DNA of 35,035 nucleotides from Chloroflexota bacterium (GCA_043818095.1 JBDRGD010000020.1:1-35035), one strand, 5' to 3'; positions 17,897 to 26,479 are shown, numbered from the stretch's first letter. Program-made: numbers and translations. Notes: generated by a model not told the origin, from the letters alone.

Positions 17897-19069
17897 TTAC
17901 CCGGATTTTCCCCCGGCTTTCTCCGCCAGCGGCAGCGTGAAGCTGAAGCGGCTGCCCTTACCCTCCTCGCTTTCCAGCCGCATCCGCCCCCCGTGCTTTT
18001 CCACAATCTGCCGGGCGATGGTCAGCCCCAGACCGGTCCCACCCTTCTCCCCTGCCCGGGGGTCATTAAGCTGGCAGAAGGGCTCGAAAATCCTCTCCTG
18101 GTGCGGCACGGGGATGCCGATGCCGTCATCGCTGACGGTGATACGCGCCCATTTTCCCTCCCGCGCCACGCCCACGCTCAGGTTCCCGCCGTCCGGGGTA
18201 AACCGGCTGGCGTTGCTGAGAAGATTAATCAGCACCTGGCGCACCTTGGACTTGTCCGCGTTGACATCGGGCAGGTCAGGCTCGACGGTGACCTTGAAGC
18301 TCTGCCCCTTGAGGGAAAGCATCGTCTTCGTCGTCCGGGACAGGGCGTCCAGTAACCCCTGCAGGGAAAACCTGGTCATGCGCAGTTCCAGCTTGCCGGA
18401 CTCTATCTTGGAGAGGTCGAGGATTTCATTGATCAGGTCCAGCAGGTGGCGGCCGCTGCCCCGGATATCATGAAGGCACTGCTGCTGCGCCCCGTTAATC
18501 CTTCCCGGCACCTCGTCCAGCAGCAGCTCGGCGAAGCCGATGATGACGTTCAGGGGGGTGCGCAGCTCGTGGGACATGTTCGCCAGGAACTCGGACTTCG
18601 CCCGGGTGGCGCGCTGCAGTTCCACGTTAGCAGTATTCAGCAGCTTGTTGGAATGCTGCAGGTCATCGACAAGGCGCTTGTTCTCCCGCAGCAGCCGCTG
18701 GTGTTTCAGGGCGTTCGCCAGGGTTGTTTTCAGTTCGTCGGGATTCACCGGCTTGACGAAATAGGCGTAGGCGCCCTGGTTGACGGCGTCCACCGCCGTT
18801 TCCACGCTGGCATAGCCGGTCATCATGATGACGGGGGCATCCGGGTTGATTTCCTTGGCGATTTCCAGGATTTCCATGCCGCCGATGTCCGGGAGACGGA
18901 TATCCGTAATAATCGCCTGAAAAGAGTTATGCCGCACCAGCTCCTGCGCCGCCGCTCCGGAACCGACGGCAAGCACCCGGTATCCGGCGTCCTCCAGGAT
19001 ACCGCTGAGGGTAGCCCGGGCGCCCGCCTCGTCCTCGACGACGATTATTTTCCCTTCGGCCCGCATCAC
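17897..19069 (-). CDS. cytoplasmic hybrid kinase REC-HisKA-HATPase
   Basis: N-terminal REC (TDIRLP), H-box [14 protein letters not shown]-box NLLSNA, G-boxes DDGIGI and GTGLGL. Confidence 0.94.
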   Translation of the reverse strand: MMRAEGKIIVVEDEAGARATLSGILEDAGYRVLAVGSGAAAQELVRHNSFQAIITDIRLPDIGGMEILEIAKEINPDAPVIMMTGYASVETAVDAVNQGAYAYFVKPVNPDELKTTLANALKHQRLLRENKRLVDDLQHSNKLLNTANVELQRATRAKSEFLANMSHELRTPLNVIIGFAELLLDEVPGRINGAQQQCLHDIRGSGRHLLDLINEILDLSKIESGKLELRMTRFSLQGLLDALSRTTKTMLSLKGQSFKVTVEPDLPDVNADKSKVRQVLINLLSNASRFTPDGGNLSVGVAREGKWARITVSDDGIGIPVPHQERIFEPFCQLNDPRAGEKGGTGLGLTIARQIVEKHGGRMRLESEEGKGSRFSFTLPLAEKAGGKSG

Positions 19070-19794
19070 TTTTCCCGCACCGCGATGTTTTCCACCAGTT
19101 TAATCACGCTCTCCATCTCAAAGGGCTTGCGGATACAGGTATAGGCGCCCTGGTTGACAGCCCGCTCCATCATCTCCTCCTCGCTGTAGCCGGTCATCAT
19201 GATTACCGCCGCCCGCGGGTCCAGCTTCTTGACCTCTTCAAAGGTCTCCACTCCGTTCATGTCCGGCATGCGCACGTCCAGGAAAATAATGTCGTAATGC
19301 CTTTCCTGGACCATCCTGATGGCTTCACCGCCGTCCGCGGCCGTGGCTACGCGGTAACCGCGGTCCTCCAGCATCACTTTCAGGGTCTCCCGGTCACCGA
19401 ACTGGTCGTCCACCACCAGGATGAGGACATGCTCACTGAGCAGCTCGTCAATGAGGGCGACGATTTTGTTGATGTCGAACGGCTTGTAGACCACGGCATA
19501 GGCGCCCTCCGCCAGGGCTTCTTTTACCAGGTCCTCCACGGAATACGCGGTCATCATGATGACCGCCGCCTCCGGGTCTATTTTCTTCACTTCCCGGAAG
19601 GTCTGCACGCCGTTGATTCCGGGCATCTTGATATCCATGAAAATAACGTCGAAATGCTGCCGTTTCACCGCAGCGATTGCCTGATAGCCGTCCTCCACCG
19701 TGACCACGCCGTGCCCCTTGTCCTCCAGGATGCCGCCCAGCGTCAGGCGGATGCTGCGCAGGTCATCAACGACCAGGATATTCGTTTTAGCCAT
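19066..19794 (-). CDS. tandem two-receiver-domain protein
   Basis: Two intact REC domains (MDIKMPG; LDVRMPD), no output domain. Confidence 0.92.
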   Translation of the reverse strand: MAKTNILVVDDLRSIRLTLGGILEDKGHGVVTVEDGYQAIAAVKRQHFDVIFMDIKMPGINGVQTFREVKKIDPEAAVIMMTAYSVEDLVKEALAEGAYAVVYKPFDINKIVALIDELLSEHVLILVVDDQFGDRETLKVMLEDRGYRVATAADGGEAIRMVQERHYDIIFLDVRMPDMNGVETFEEVKKLDPRAAVIMMTGYSEEEMMERAVNQGAYTCIRKPFEMESVIKLVENIAVREK

Positions 19795-21259
19795 GATGCT
19801 CCTCCGGCACGGCGACGCCGGCGGCCGCCTTGACGGGCAGCCTCACGGTAAACGTCGTCCCCTTGCCCGCCTGGCTGGTCGCCGAAATCTGCCCGTTGTG
19901 CCTTTCGATGATGGACCGGCAGACGGCAAGCCCCAGGCCGATGCCCTTCGCCCGGGTGGTGAAGAGGGGGTCGAAGATTCTCGGCAGGACATCCCCGGGG
20001 ACGCCGCCGCCGGTATCGCTGACTTTCAACTCGAGGAAACCGTCGGCCATTCCCGCCGCGATGGTGATGCCGCCGCCCTCGGGCATCGCCTGGACGGCGT
20101 TGGTCAGGATATTCACCAGCACCTGGCGCATCTGGTCGGTATCCACCTCTATCTCCGGGAGCTGCTCCGGCAGCTTCTTCACCAGGAGGACGTTATCCGG
20201 GAGGGTGACATGGGCTAAAGCATCCGCCACTATTTTCTCGACGCGCGCCGGAGAGGTCGCCGGTTTTCCCACGCGGGAAAAGCTCAGCAGGTCGTTGATA
20301 ATTTTGTTGGAGGCGCTTATCTCGTCGTCGACGATCTCCAGGAACTCCATGACCCGCGGTTCCTGCCGGGCGACGTCGCTTTTCGCCAGCTTTCCCCGGA
20401 TGTAATATACCGCGTTCTTGATGGCCCCCAGCGGGTTCCTCAGCTCGTGCCCCACACCCCCCGCCAGCTGCCCGATTGCCACCAGCTTCTCCGAGCGCAC
20501 CATTTGCTCCTGGGCGGTGCGCAGTTCCTCGTTGGCTGCTTCCAGCTCCTCGTTGCTGGCGCGCAGTTCTTCCTCGGTAGCCCTTAGTTCCTCGTTGGCG
20601 GACTCCAGTTCCTCGTTGGAGACGCGCAGTTCTTCCTCGCTGGCTTGCAGCTTCTCATTGGCGGTTTCCAGTTCCCCGGCATAGAGCCGCGTCTCCTGCA
20701 AAGACCGCTGCAGCCGGCTGGCGGCGAACCAGCTCAGAAAGGCAATAAGGTAGTAAAAAACCGCCCATATCGCCAGGAAAAGCGGCACCGGGGTGCCCGA
20801 CACCGGCGGGATTACCGGGGTGACAAACCCGGCACTCTCCACCGGTATCATCGCCAGGTAACAGATGACCGCCAGGGTCGCCACCAGGAAGCCGTTGCTG
20901 ATGCCAATGACGATGCTGCTGACGATAACGGGAAACAGGTAGAGAATCGCCAGGGGACCGGTCACCCCCCCGACCAGCAGCGTTATCACCGGGACCATCA
21001 GCAGGAAACCGTAGACAAAAAGATAGGCGGCGAACCGCGACTTCCCGATACCGTTCAGCCAGTAAGACGCCAGGCTGATGAAAACTATTGTTCCGGCCAG
21101 CCCCGTAAACGGGACAATGGGGTACGACCTGCTGACAAGCCAGAGAGCCAGGACTATCACATATGCGGTGACGACCGCGGTGACCAGACCCAGGGAAAGG
21201 GTCTTGAGGGCTTCTTTCCTCCTTACCGGGTCATCCTGAAACAATGCCGCGGTCTGCAT
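19787..21259 (-). CDS. membrane sensor histidine kinase with Glu-rich heptad coiled coil
   Basis: SD AAGGAGG and ATG 21259; ~6 TM helices; (S/A)NEEL heptads; H-box GGVGHELRNPL; HATPase FTTRAKGIGLGL. Confidence 0.93.
   Translation of the reverse strand: MQTAALFQDDPVRRKEALKTLSLGLVTAVVTAYVIVLALWLVSRSYPIVPFTGLAGTIVFISLASYWLNGIGKSRFAAYLFVYGFLLMVPVITLLVGGVTGPLAILYLFPVIVSSIVIGISNGFLVATLAVICYLAMIPVESAGFVTPVIPPVSGTPVPLFLAIWAVFYYLIAFLSWFAASRLQRSLQETRLYAGELETANEKLQASEEELRVSNEELESANEELRATEEELRASNEELEAANEELRTAQEQMVRSEKLVAIGQLAGGVGHELRNPLGAIKNAVYYIRGKLAKSDVARQEPRVMEFLEIVDDEISASNKIINDLLSFSRVGKPATSPARVEKIVADALAHVTLPDNVLLVKKLPEQLPEIEVDTDQMRQVLVNILTNAVQAMPEGGGITIAAGMADGFLELKVSDTGGGVPGDVLPRIFDPLFTTRAKGIGLGLAVCRSIIERHNGQISATSQAGKGTTFTVRLPVKAAAGVAVPEEHHG
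20522..20668. repeat. 7 x 21-bp imperfect tandem repeat encoding NEEL/EEEL heptads
   Basis: Units like CAGTTCCTCGTTGG... start at 20522, 20543, 20564, 20585, 20606, 20627, 20648, with a 63-bp higher-order period. Confidence 0.85.
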
Positions 21260-21272
21260 ATTACGGCCCTCC

Positions 21273-22127
21273 TTAATCCGGGGAATCATCCGTGATTCGG
21301 CGATATATCGTGGCAGCGTCGTCGGCACGCCGCATGGTCCGCTGCAGTCCGGCGGGCAGTGACTCCATCTCCCCCAGCACCAGATAGCCCGGGTCCGCCA
21401 GCGTCCCGGTAAGTCTCCGCAGCACCCGCTCCTGCAGCGGGCGTTGCCAGTAAATGAGGACGTTGCAGCAGAAAATACAATCGATATCCCGGAATGGGGG
21501 CGGCTCCGGCGCGGTGAGGTCAAAGCGGGCGAAACGCACCATCCGCCGGATGCTTCCGGTTACCTGATAGCCCCGCTCCGTGCGCTCGAAGTAGCGGGAC
21601 ACCAGCCCCGGGGCTAAATTCTGAAGGTCTGCGGCGGGATAAACCGCCGCCTCCCCGTCCGCCAGTGCCCGCGGACAGATGTCCGTGGCGTGCACCGTGA
21701 TGTGGAAAGCGTGCTGTTCCTCCCCGAGGGCCTCCGCCAGCATGATGGCGATGGAGTAAGGCTCTTCCCCGCGGGCGCAGGCCGCGCTCCAGAACCTGAT
21801 TTCCTTTTCCCCGCCCTGCCGTTTCGCCCGGATAATCGCGGGCAGCACCCGGTCCGCGACCTGTTGAAACATGATGGGGCTGCGCAGAAAACCGCTGACC
21901 TTGATGGTGAGGGTATCCAGGAGCTTTTCGTACTCGCCGGGGCAGGCGTCCAGAAAGCGCAGGTATTCGGCATAGTCCCGGACGCCAAGGGTGTGCAACC
22001 GCCTCTCCAGGCGGCGGTTTACCGTTCCCGTCTTGTATTCCCGGAAATCGTAACCCCCCTCCCGGTAGAGTTTCTCCAGCACGGAGGAGAGCAGTAATTC
22101 CCTTTCCCCGACAAACTGGCCCGTCAT
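21273..22127 (-). CDS. cheR: CheR-type protein-glutamate O-methyltransferase
   Basis: YDFREYK..RRLERR, LTIKVSGFLR, WSAACARGEEPYSIA, ATDI, IFCCNVLIY; start uncertain (ATG 22127 chosen). Confidence 0.9.
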   Translation of the reverse strand: MTGQFVGERELLLSSVLEKLYREGGYDFREYKTGTVNRRLERRLHTLGVRDYAEYLRFLDACPGEYEKLLDTLTIKVSGFLRSPIMFQQVADRVLPAIIRAKRQGGEKEIRFWSAACARGEEPYSIAIMLAEALGEEQHAFHITVHATDICPRALADGEAAVYPAADLQNLAPGLVSRYFERTERGYQVTGSIRRMVRFARFDLTAPEPPPFRDIDCIFCCNVLIYWQRPLQERVLRRLTGTLADPGYLVLGEMESLPAGLQRTMRRADDAATIYRRITDDSPD

Positions 22128-22132
22128 TATCG

Positions 22133-22200
22133 ATTGCCTAATGGCATATTTATTGCCTATTGGCAATCATAATACACTTAAAATCAAATGTCAACTGGCA
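22133..22200 (-). promoter_or_regulatory. cheR-cluster promoter with palindromic operators
   Basis: TTGACA(22189-22194)-17 nt-TATGAT(22166-22171); ATTGCC-N4-GGCAAT-type palindromes at 22133-22148 and 22152-22167. Confidence 0.75.
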
Positions 22201-22240
22201 TCTTTACTGTTTTTTATTACCTCCGGTATTATTGCCGCTT

Positions 22241-22313
22241 GTCATTGCGAGCGCAGCGAAGCAATCTCGGTTATCTGAGATTGCCACTGGGGCTAGCGCC
22301 CCATCGCAATGAC
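22241..22313. repeat. REP-like palindromic element, copy 1
   Basis: GTCATTGCGA...TCGCAATGAC terminal inverted repeat with internal GCAATCTC/GAGATTGC hairpin; related copy at 24727. Confidence 0.75.
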
Positions 22314-22332
22314 CGGAATACCCGGACCAACT

Positions 22333-22551
22333 TCAAAACCGTAAGCGCTTTTTCCGCGCCAGGGTTCTCTCCAGGAGGAGAATACCGACGTCCCGCCGCA
22401 GGAAACGCCTCTCCCCCCGCGGCCCGATACGGTAGGCTTTCAGCTTCCCTTCGTGGTGCCATCGCCGCACGGTGCCGGTGCTCACCGCTAAAATCCCCGC
22501 CACCTCGCCCGTCGTCAGCAGATTACGGATATCCTCTTCCGGACCGCTCAA
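22333..22551 (-). CDS. excisionase/MerR-like HTH DNA-binding protein
   Basis: LLTTGEVAGILAVSTGTVRRW..GKLKAYRIGPRGERRF; AGGAGG SD and TTG start. Confidence 0.85.
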   Translation of the reverse strand: MSGPEEDIRNLLTTGEVAGILAVSTGTVRRWHHEGKLKAYRIGPRGERRFLRRDVGILLLERTLARKKRLRF

Positions 22552-22716
22552 CCGTTCCTCCTTTTTGCCCTCTCCCGCTATCTTAACCCCCCGGGGATTA
22601 ATAACTCATAAAAGAGAGATAAAGAAAGCATTAAAACCGGCGCCCGTTAATCTCCGAATTGCAGTTTCCCGGTGGCTGGCGCTATAATATGAGCGCCGCT
22701 GAATTATGGAGGAACC

Positions 22717-23493
22717 GTGAGCCGTTTCATTACCGCACTAAAAAAAGCCGCCGGTACCGCCCCGTCACCCATGGGCTTTCACCGGACCGTCCCCGCTGCC
22801 CGGCCGCGCATGCTGCTGGTGGCCGCCGTCGCCGGGGCAGGTGACGCTGCCGCCAGAGCCATCACCGGGAACGCCGATGCCGTCCTCTTTCCCTCGCTGA
22901 AGTCAAGCCCCGCCGGGAAGGCTTCCGCCCGCAGTAAAAAGGCGGAGGCGGACACACCGTGGGGAGTGATGCTTGCGGAAGCCGGGAAAACCGCGTTCAA
23001 AGGTATCGGCGGGAGCGATTGCGACTTCGTGGTCTTTCCGCCGGAAACCGATTTCGCCCCCGTGACCGCGCTGGAGGACATCGGCAGGATTATCCGGATT
23101 GACCCCTCGCTGGAGGAAGGGCTGGTAAGAGCCCTCAACCGGCTGCCGGTGGACGCGGTCGTCATCGCCGCTTCCGGGAAAGAATTCACCTGGCAGCAGC
23201 TGATGCGATGGCAACGGATTACCGGCCTGCTCACCAAACCCGTGCTCCTTACGGTGCCCCCTGACGTCAGCCGCGAGGTCCTGCAGGCCCTCTGGGACAG
23301 CGGCATCGACGGCGCGGTGGTCGAGGTGGGCGCAGCCTCCGCCGACCGCTTAAAAGCGCTGAAAGAGACCATCGCGGACCTGTCCCCGCGCTCTCCGCGG
23401 GATAAAAGGGAAGCCCTGCTGCCCTACCCCCGGGAAAAGACGGAAGTCTCACGGGAAAGCGAAGAGGAAGAAGAACCGGAAGAAGACGAATAG
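22717..23493 (+). CDS. hypothetical protein, possible degenerate TIM-barrel, acidic tail
   Basis: GGAGG SD and GTG; alternating beta/alpha pattern (CDFVVF, VDAVVI, GIDGAVV); C-terminal EEEEEPEEDE. Confidence 0.65.
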   Translation: MSRFITALKKAAGTAPSPMGFHRTVPAARPRMLLVAAVAGAGDAAARAITGNADAVLFPSLKSSPAGKASARSKKAEADTPWGVMLAEAGKTAFKGIGGSDCDFVVFPPETDFAPVTALEDIGRIIRIDPSLEEGLVRALNRLPVDAVVIAASGKEFTWQQLMRWQRITGLLTKPVLLTVPPDVSREVLQALWDSGIDGAVVEVGAASADRLKALKETIADLSPRSPRDKREALLPYPREKTEVSRESEEEEEPEEDE

Positions 23494-23501
23494 CCCGGCG
23501 G

Positions 23502-24653
23502 CTAGTGCTGGGTTAATTGCCAGAACTTGCCTTCCGTGCCGATGGACGGCGCAATGACCATCTCCGTCTGGTGCATCTCGGGTATCGTCGCCGCGCCGCA
23601 GACCCCCATCGCGGTCCGCAGGGCGCCCACCAGGTTCTGACTGCCGTCCGTCACCGAAGTCGGCCCGAAGAGGATTTGCTCCAGAGGCCCTTTCGTGCCT
23701 ACCTTTATCCGGGTCCCGCGCGGTAAAGCCGGATGCGGGTGCGCCATGCCCCAGTGATGGCCCAGTCCCGGGGCCTCATTCGCCTGGGCAAAAATCGAAC
23801 CCAGCATCACCCCGTCCGCCCCGGCGACCACGGCCTTGCACACGTCGCCGCCCTTGCGGAATCCGCCGTCGGTGATGATGGGGACGTAGCGTCCCGACTC
23901 CTGGAAATAGCTGTCCCGGGCCGCCGCACAGTCGATTGTTGCCGTAATCTGGGGCACGCCCACCCCCAGCACTTCCCGGGTGGTGCAGGCGGCCCCCGGC
24001 CCCACCCCTATCAGCACGCCGGCCACGCCGGTACGCATCAGTTCCAGGCAGGCGTTATAGCTCACGCAGTTGCCGACGACGATGGGAACCTTTATCTGCT
24101 GGCAGAGCTCCGAGAAAATGAGCCCGCGGTAGCTCTTGGAAACATGGCGGGCGGTGGTTACCGTAGACGCCACAACGATGATGTCCGCGCCGGCTTCCGC
24201 CGCCACCGCGGCGAAACGCTTGGTGGTCGCCGGTACGAAAGAAACGGCGCAGGTGCCGCCGCCCTTCTTGATTTGCTGCACCCGCTCGCCGATAAGTTTT
24301 TCCTTAATCGGCTCAGCGTAGATTTTCTGCATCAGCGGGGTGACCTCGTCCGGAGCCGCCCTGGCAATCTGCGCCAGGATTTCCTTCGGGTTATCGTAGC
24401 GGGCCTGCACCCCGTCCAGGTTCAGCACCGCCAGGCCGCCGTAGCGGCTCATCAGGACGGCAAAATCAACGTCCGTCACGCCGTCCATCGCAGAGGCGAT
24501 AAAGGGGAGGGGCAGGGTAATCCCGCCGATATTCAAATCGATATTGGTCTGGTCAGGATTGATGGTGAAGTCCCCGGGGACGATGGCCACCTCGTCGAAC
24601 CCGTAGGACTGTCTGAGCTGTTTGAACTGCGGGGCGCCCTTTTTGACTGCCAT
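23502..24653 (-). CDS. guaB: IMP dehydrogenase-related protein, GuaB3 type (no CBS domains)
   Basis: YGFDEVAIVPG, ASAMD, GVGPGAACTTR, ITDGG, HHWGMA. Confidence 0.9.
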   Translation of the reverse strand: MAVKKGAPQFKQLRQSYGFDEVAIVPGDFTINPDQTNIDLNIGGITLPLPFIASAMDGVTDVDFAVLMSRYGGLAVLNLDGVQARYDNPKEILAQIARAAPDEVTPLMQKIYAEPIKEKLIGERVQQIKKGGGTCAVSFVPATTKRFAAVAAEAGADIIVVASTVTTARHVSKSYRGLIFSELCQQIKVPIVVGNCVSYNACLELMRTGVAGVLIGVGPGAACTTREVLGVGVPQITATIDCAAARDSYFQESGRYVPIITDGGFRKGGDVCKAVVAGADGVMLGSIFAQANEAPGLGHHWGMAHPHPALPRGTRIKVGTKGPLEQILFGPTSVTDGSQNLVGALRTAMGVCGAATIPEMHQTEMVIAPSIGTEGKFWQLTQH

Positions 24654-24663
24654 CGTTACTCAG

Positions 24664-24692
24664 ACTATAGCAAAAACGCGGCCTTCCGTCAA
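24664..24692 (-). promoter_or_regulatory. sigma70-type promoter of guaB3
   Basis: TTGACG-17 nt-TATAGT with extended TG, 10 nt before the ATG. Confidence 0.7.
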
Positions 24693-24726
24693 GAAAATCC
24701 GGGGATGGGTCTAGTCCTTCTTACCT

Positions 24727-24798
24727 GTCATTGCGAGGAGCGCAGCGACGAAGCAATCAGTTTTTTCCTCCGCATCGGATTGCTTCGCTCGCGATGAC
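24727..24798. repeat. REP-like palindromic element, copy 2
   Basis: GTCATTGCGAG...GCGCAGCGA..AAGCAATC...GATTGCTTCG-CTCGCGATGAC, same layout as 22241-22313. Confidence 0.75.
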
Positions 24799-24881
24799 GG
24801 TAAACCGCGAACGAACCGGTCATGCCCGCGGTAAAGTTCACTCTTGCTAGATAGTGCCTAATATCAAATCAGGAGGAAATC

Positions 24882-25076
24882 ATGATGGTATTCAACGACA
24901 CAGTTGAAATGGCGAAGTGGGTGCCAATTCTTGCATTAGTTTATATTTTTTTCCTGCAAGCTCTTTTGATTTACATCGTGCGCTTACGCTATCGTGAACA
25001 CCTAAAGATGGTTGAAAAGCCAGATACAGGCGATACCCCACAAGACCACAAAACCAATAACAATCCAATCAAGTAA
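24882..25076 (+). CDS. 64-aa single-TM protein
   Basis: AGGAGG SD; hydrophobic stretch WVPILALVYIFFLQALLIYIV followed by basic residues. Confidence 0.55.
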   Translation: MMVFNDTVEMAKWVPILALVYIFFLQALLIYIVRLRYREHLKMVEKPDTGDTPQDHKTNNNPIK

Positions 25077-25175
25077 AGGGCGGGCTGTAATGAAATTGCT
25101 TAATAATCCGCCTACTGCGGCGGAACCAAGAAACCATGCTAAAAATGAGACGACAACTTTGGCTTCTTTGCTCAT
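25002..25175 (-). CDS. 57-aa two-TM protein (absent from ORF track)
   Basis: Own translation: AGGAGG-6 nt-ATG, MSKEAKVVVSFLAWFLGSAAVGGLLSNFITARPLLDWIVIGFVVLWGIACIWLFNHL*. Confidence 0.65.
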   Translation of the reverse strand: MSKEAKVVVSFLAWFLGSAAVGGLLSNFITARPLLDWIVIGFVVLWGIACIWLFNHL

Positions 25176-25372
25176 TTTGTGCCTCCTGAGTGTTTATTGC
25201 GGAGTATATCATATACGATTATATGGAAACAAGCGCCTAATGGTGCAGGTAGTGCCTAATGACTAGGCAACGATTGAACTTTGCCGTTCCCGCAAGCTAG
25301 ACACACCCGCGCGGGGTAAGCTATAATAAATAATTGGCCGAAAAAGCAACCGGAAGACACGCCAGAATTAAG

Positions 25373-26239
25373 ATGATACCAGCACTCTACGTGGTCGCCA
25401 CGCCCATCGGTAACCTGGAAGATATCACGCTGAGGGGCATCCGCGTCCTCCGCGAGGTCGGCCTGATTGCCGCCGAGGACACCCGCAAGACGAAACGGCT
25501 GCTCAATAAATACGAAATCAGGACCCCGCTAACCAGCTATCACGAGCATAACAAGCTGAGCAAGCTGAACGAATTGCTCGCCATCCTGCGGGAGAAAGAC
25601 ATCGCCCTCGTGTCTGAGGCAGGCACGCCGGGCATGTCCGACCCCGGCTATGAACTGGTGCGTGCCGCCGGCCAGCAGGGCATCCCGGTGATACCCGTCC
25701 CCGGCCCCTCCGCGGTCATCAGCGCCCTGACCGTTTCCGGCCTGCCCACGGACCGTTTTCTCTTCTGCGGGTTCCTGCCCAACCGGCAGAGCGCCCGGCA
25801 GCGCGCCCTGCGGGAAATCGCCGCGGAGAGCGCTACGCTCGTTATCCTGGAAGCGCCCCACCGCCTGATTGCCAGCCTGGAGGACATCCGGCTGGTCCTG
25901 GGGGATAGGGAACTCGCCGTCTGCCGGGAGATGACCAAGCTGCACGAGGAGCTCTTCCGGGGCACCATCAGCGAGGCGATTGCCCGTTTCACGGCGCCGC
26001 GGGGGGAACTCACCCTGGTCATCGCCGGGCAGAAAGCCGCGGAGCCGCCGCAGCTTACCGGGGAAATCACCCGGCAGCTCCGGGACATGTACCTGGCGGG
26101 CGCGACCGCCCGGGAAGCGATTGCCCGCGTCTCCCGGGACACCGGGCTGCCCCGCAAAGAACTCTACCGCACATGGCTGCAGTTCCCGGAAAGCCGGGGG
26201 CAAGATAAGGACCTGTGCCACCTCACGGGGAGGAGATAA
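25373..26239 (+). CDS. rsmI: 16S rRNA (cytidine1402-2'-O)-methyltransferase
   Basis: LYVVATPIGNLEDIT, AAEDTR, VSEAGTPGMSDPG, EAPHRL, REMTKLHEE; start ATG 25373 or TTG 25334. Confidence 0.96.
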   Translation: MIPALYVVATPIGNLEDITLRGIRVLREVGLIAAEDTRKTKRLLNKYEIRTPLTSYHEHNKLSKLNELLAILREKDIALVSEAGTPGMSDPGYELVRAAGQQGIPVIPVPGPSAVISALTVSGLPTDRFLFCGFLPNRQSARQRALREIAAESATLVILEAPHRLIASLEDIRLVLGDRELAVCREMTKLHEELFRGTISEAIARFTAPRGELTLVIAGQKAAEPPQLTGEITRQLRDMYLAGATAREAIARVSRDTGLPRKELYRTWLQFPESRGQDKDLCHLTGRR

Positions 26240-26242
26240 ACA

Positions 26243-26461
26243 ATGCGCCGAGGTTGTATTTCATTAGGCGAAATCAAGTGCGACGAATGCGGGACCATAA
26301 TTCCCCACCCGGACCGCTACCTGGTCGTGGATGAAAAGGACGGCGTCGAAGATGAAGAAGGCGAGCCGCGCCGCTACTGCGTCGCCTGCGCTGAGAAGAA
26401 AGGCTACACCCACAGCAAGGAGGAAAAGGGGGAGAACATTCTCACCTTCTTCGAGCAGTAA
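26243..26461 (+). CDS. small CxxC...CxxC putative zinc-binding protein
   Basis: GGAGGAG SD; CDEC and CVAC pairs; fills the gap between rsmI and metG. Confidence 0.78.
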   Translation: MRRGCISLGEIKCDECGTIIPHPDRYLVVDEKDGVEDEEGEPRRYCVACAEKKGYTHSKEEKGENILTFFEQ

Positions 26462-26479
26462 GTCTCCTCCTGATGCCGT

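Noticed and set aside
20522-20668. CRISPR-like or VNTR array
   Set aside because: No spacers; the 21-bp period is explained by coiled-coil heptads within a kinase gene. No CRISPR array was seen in the window.
22333-22551. HTH gene as excisionase of a prophage
   Set aside because: No adjacent integrase, att site or phage genes, and host-like GC; the integrase is 11 kb away beyond the att boundary.
25012-25266. 84-aa plus-strand ORF in the low-GC islet
   Set aside because: No SD; it is antisense to the better-supported 57-aa two-TM ORF.
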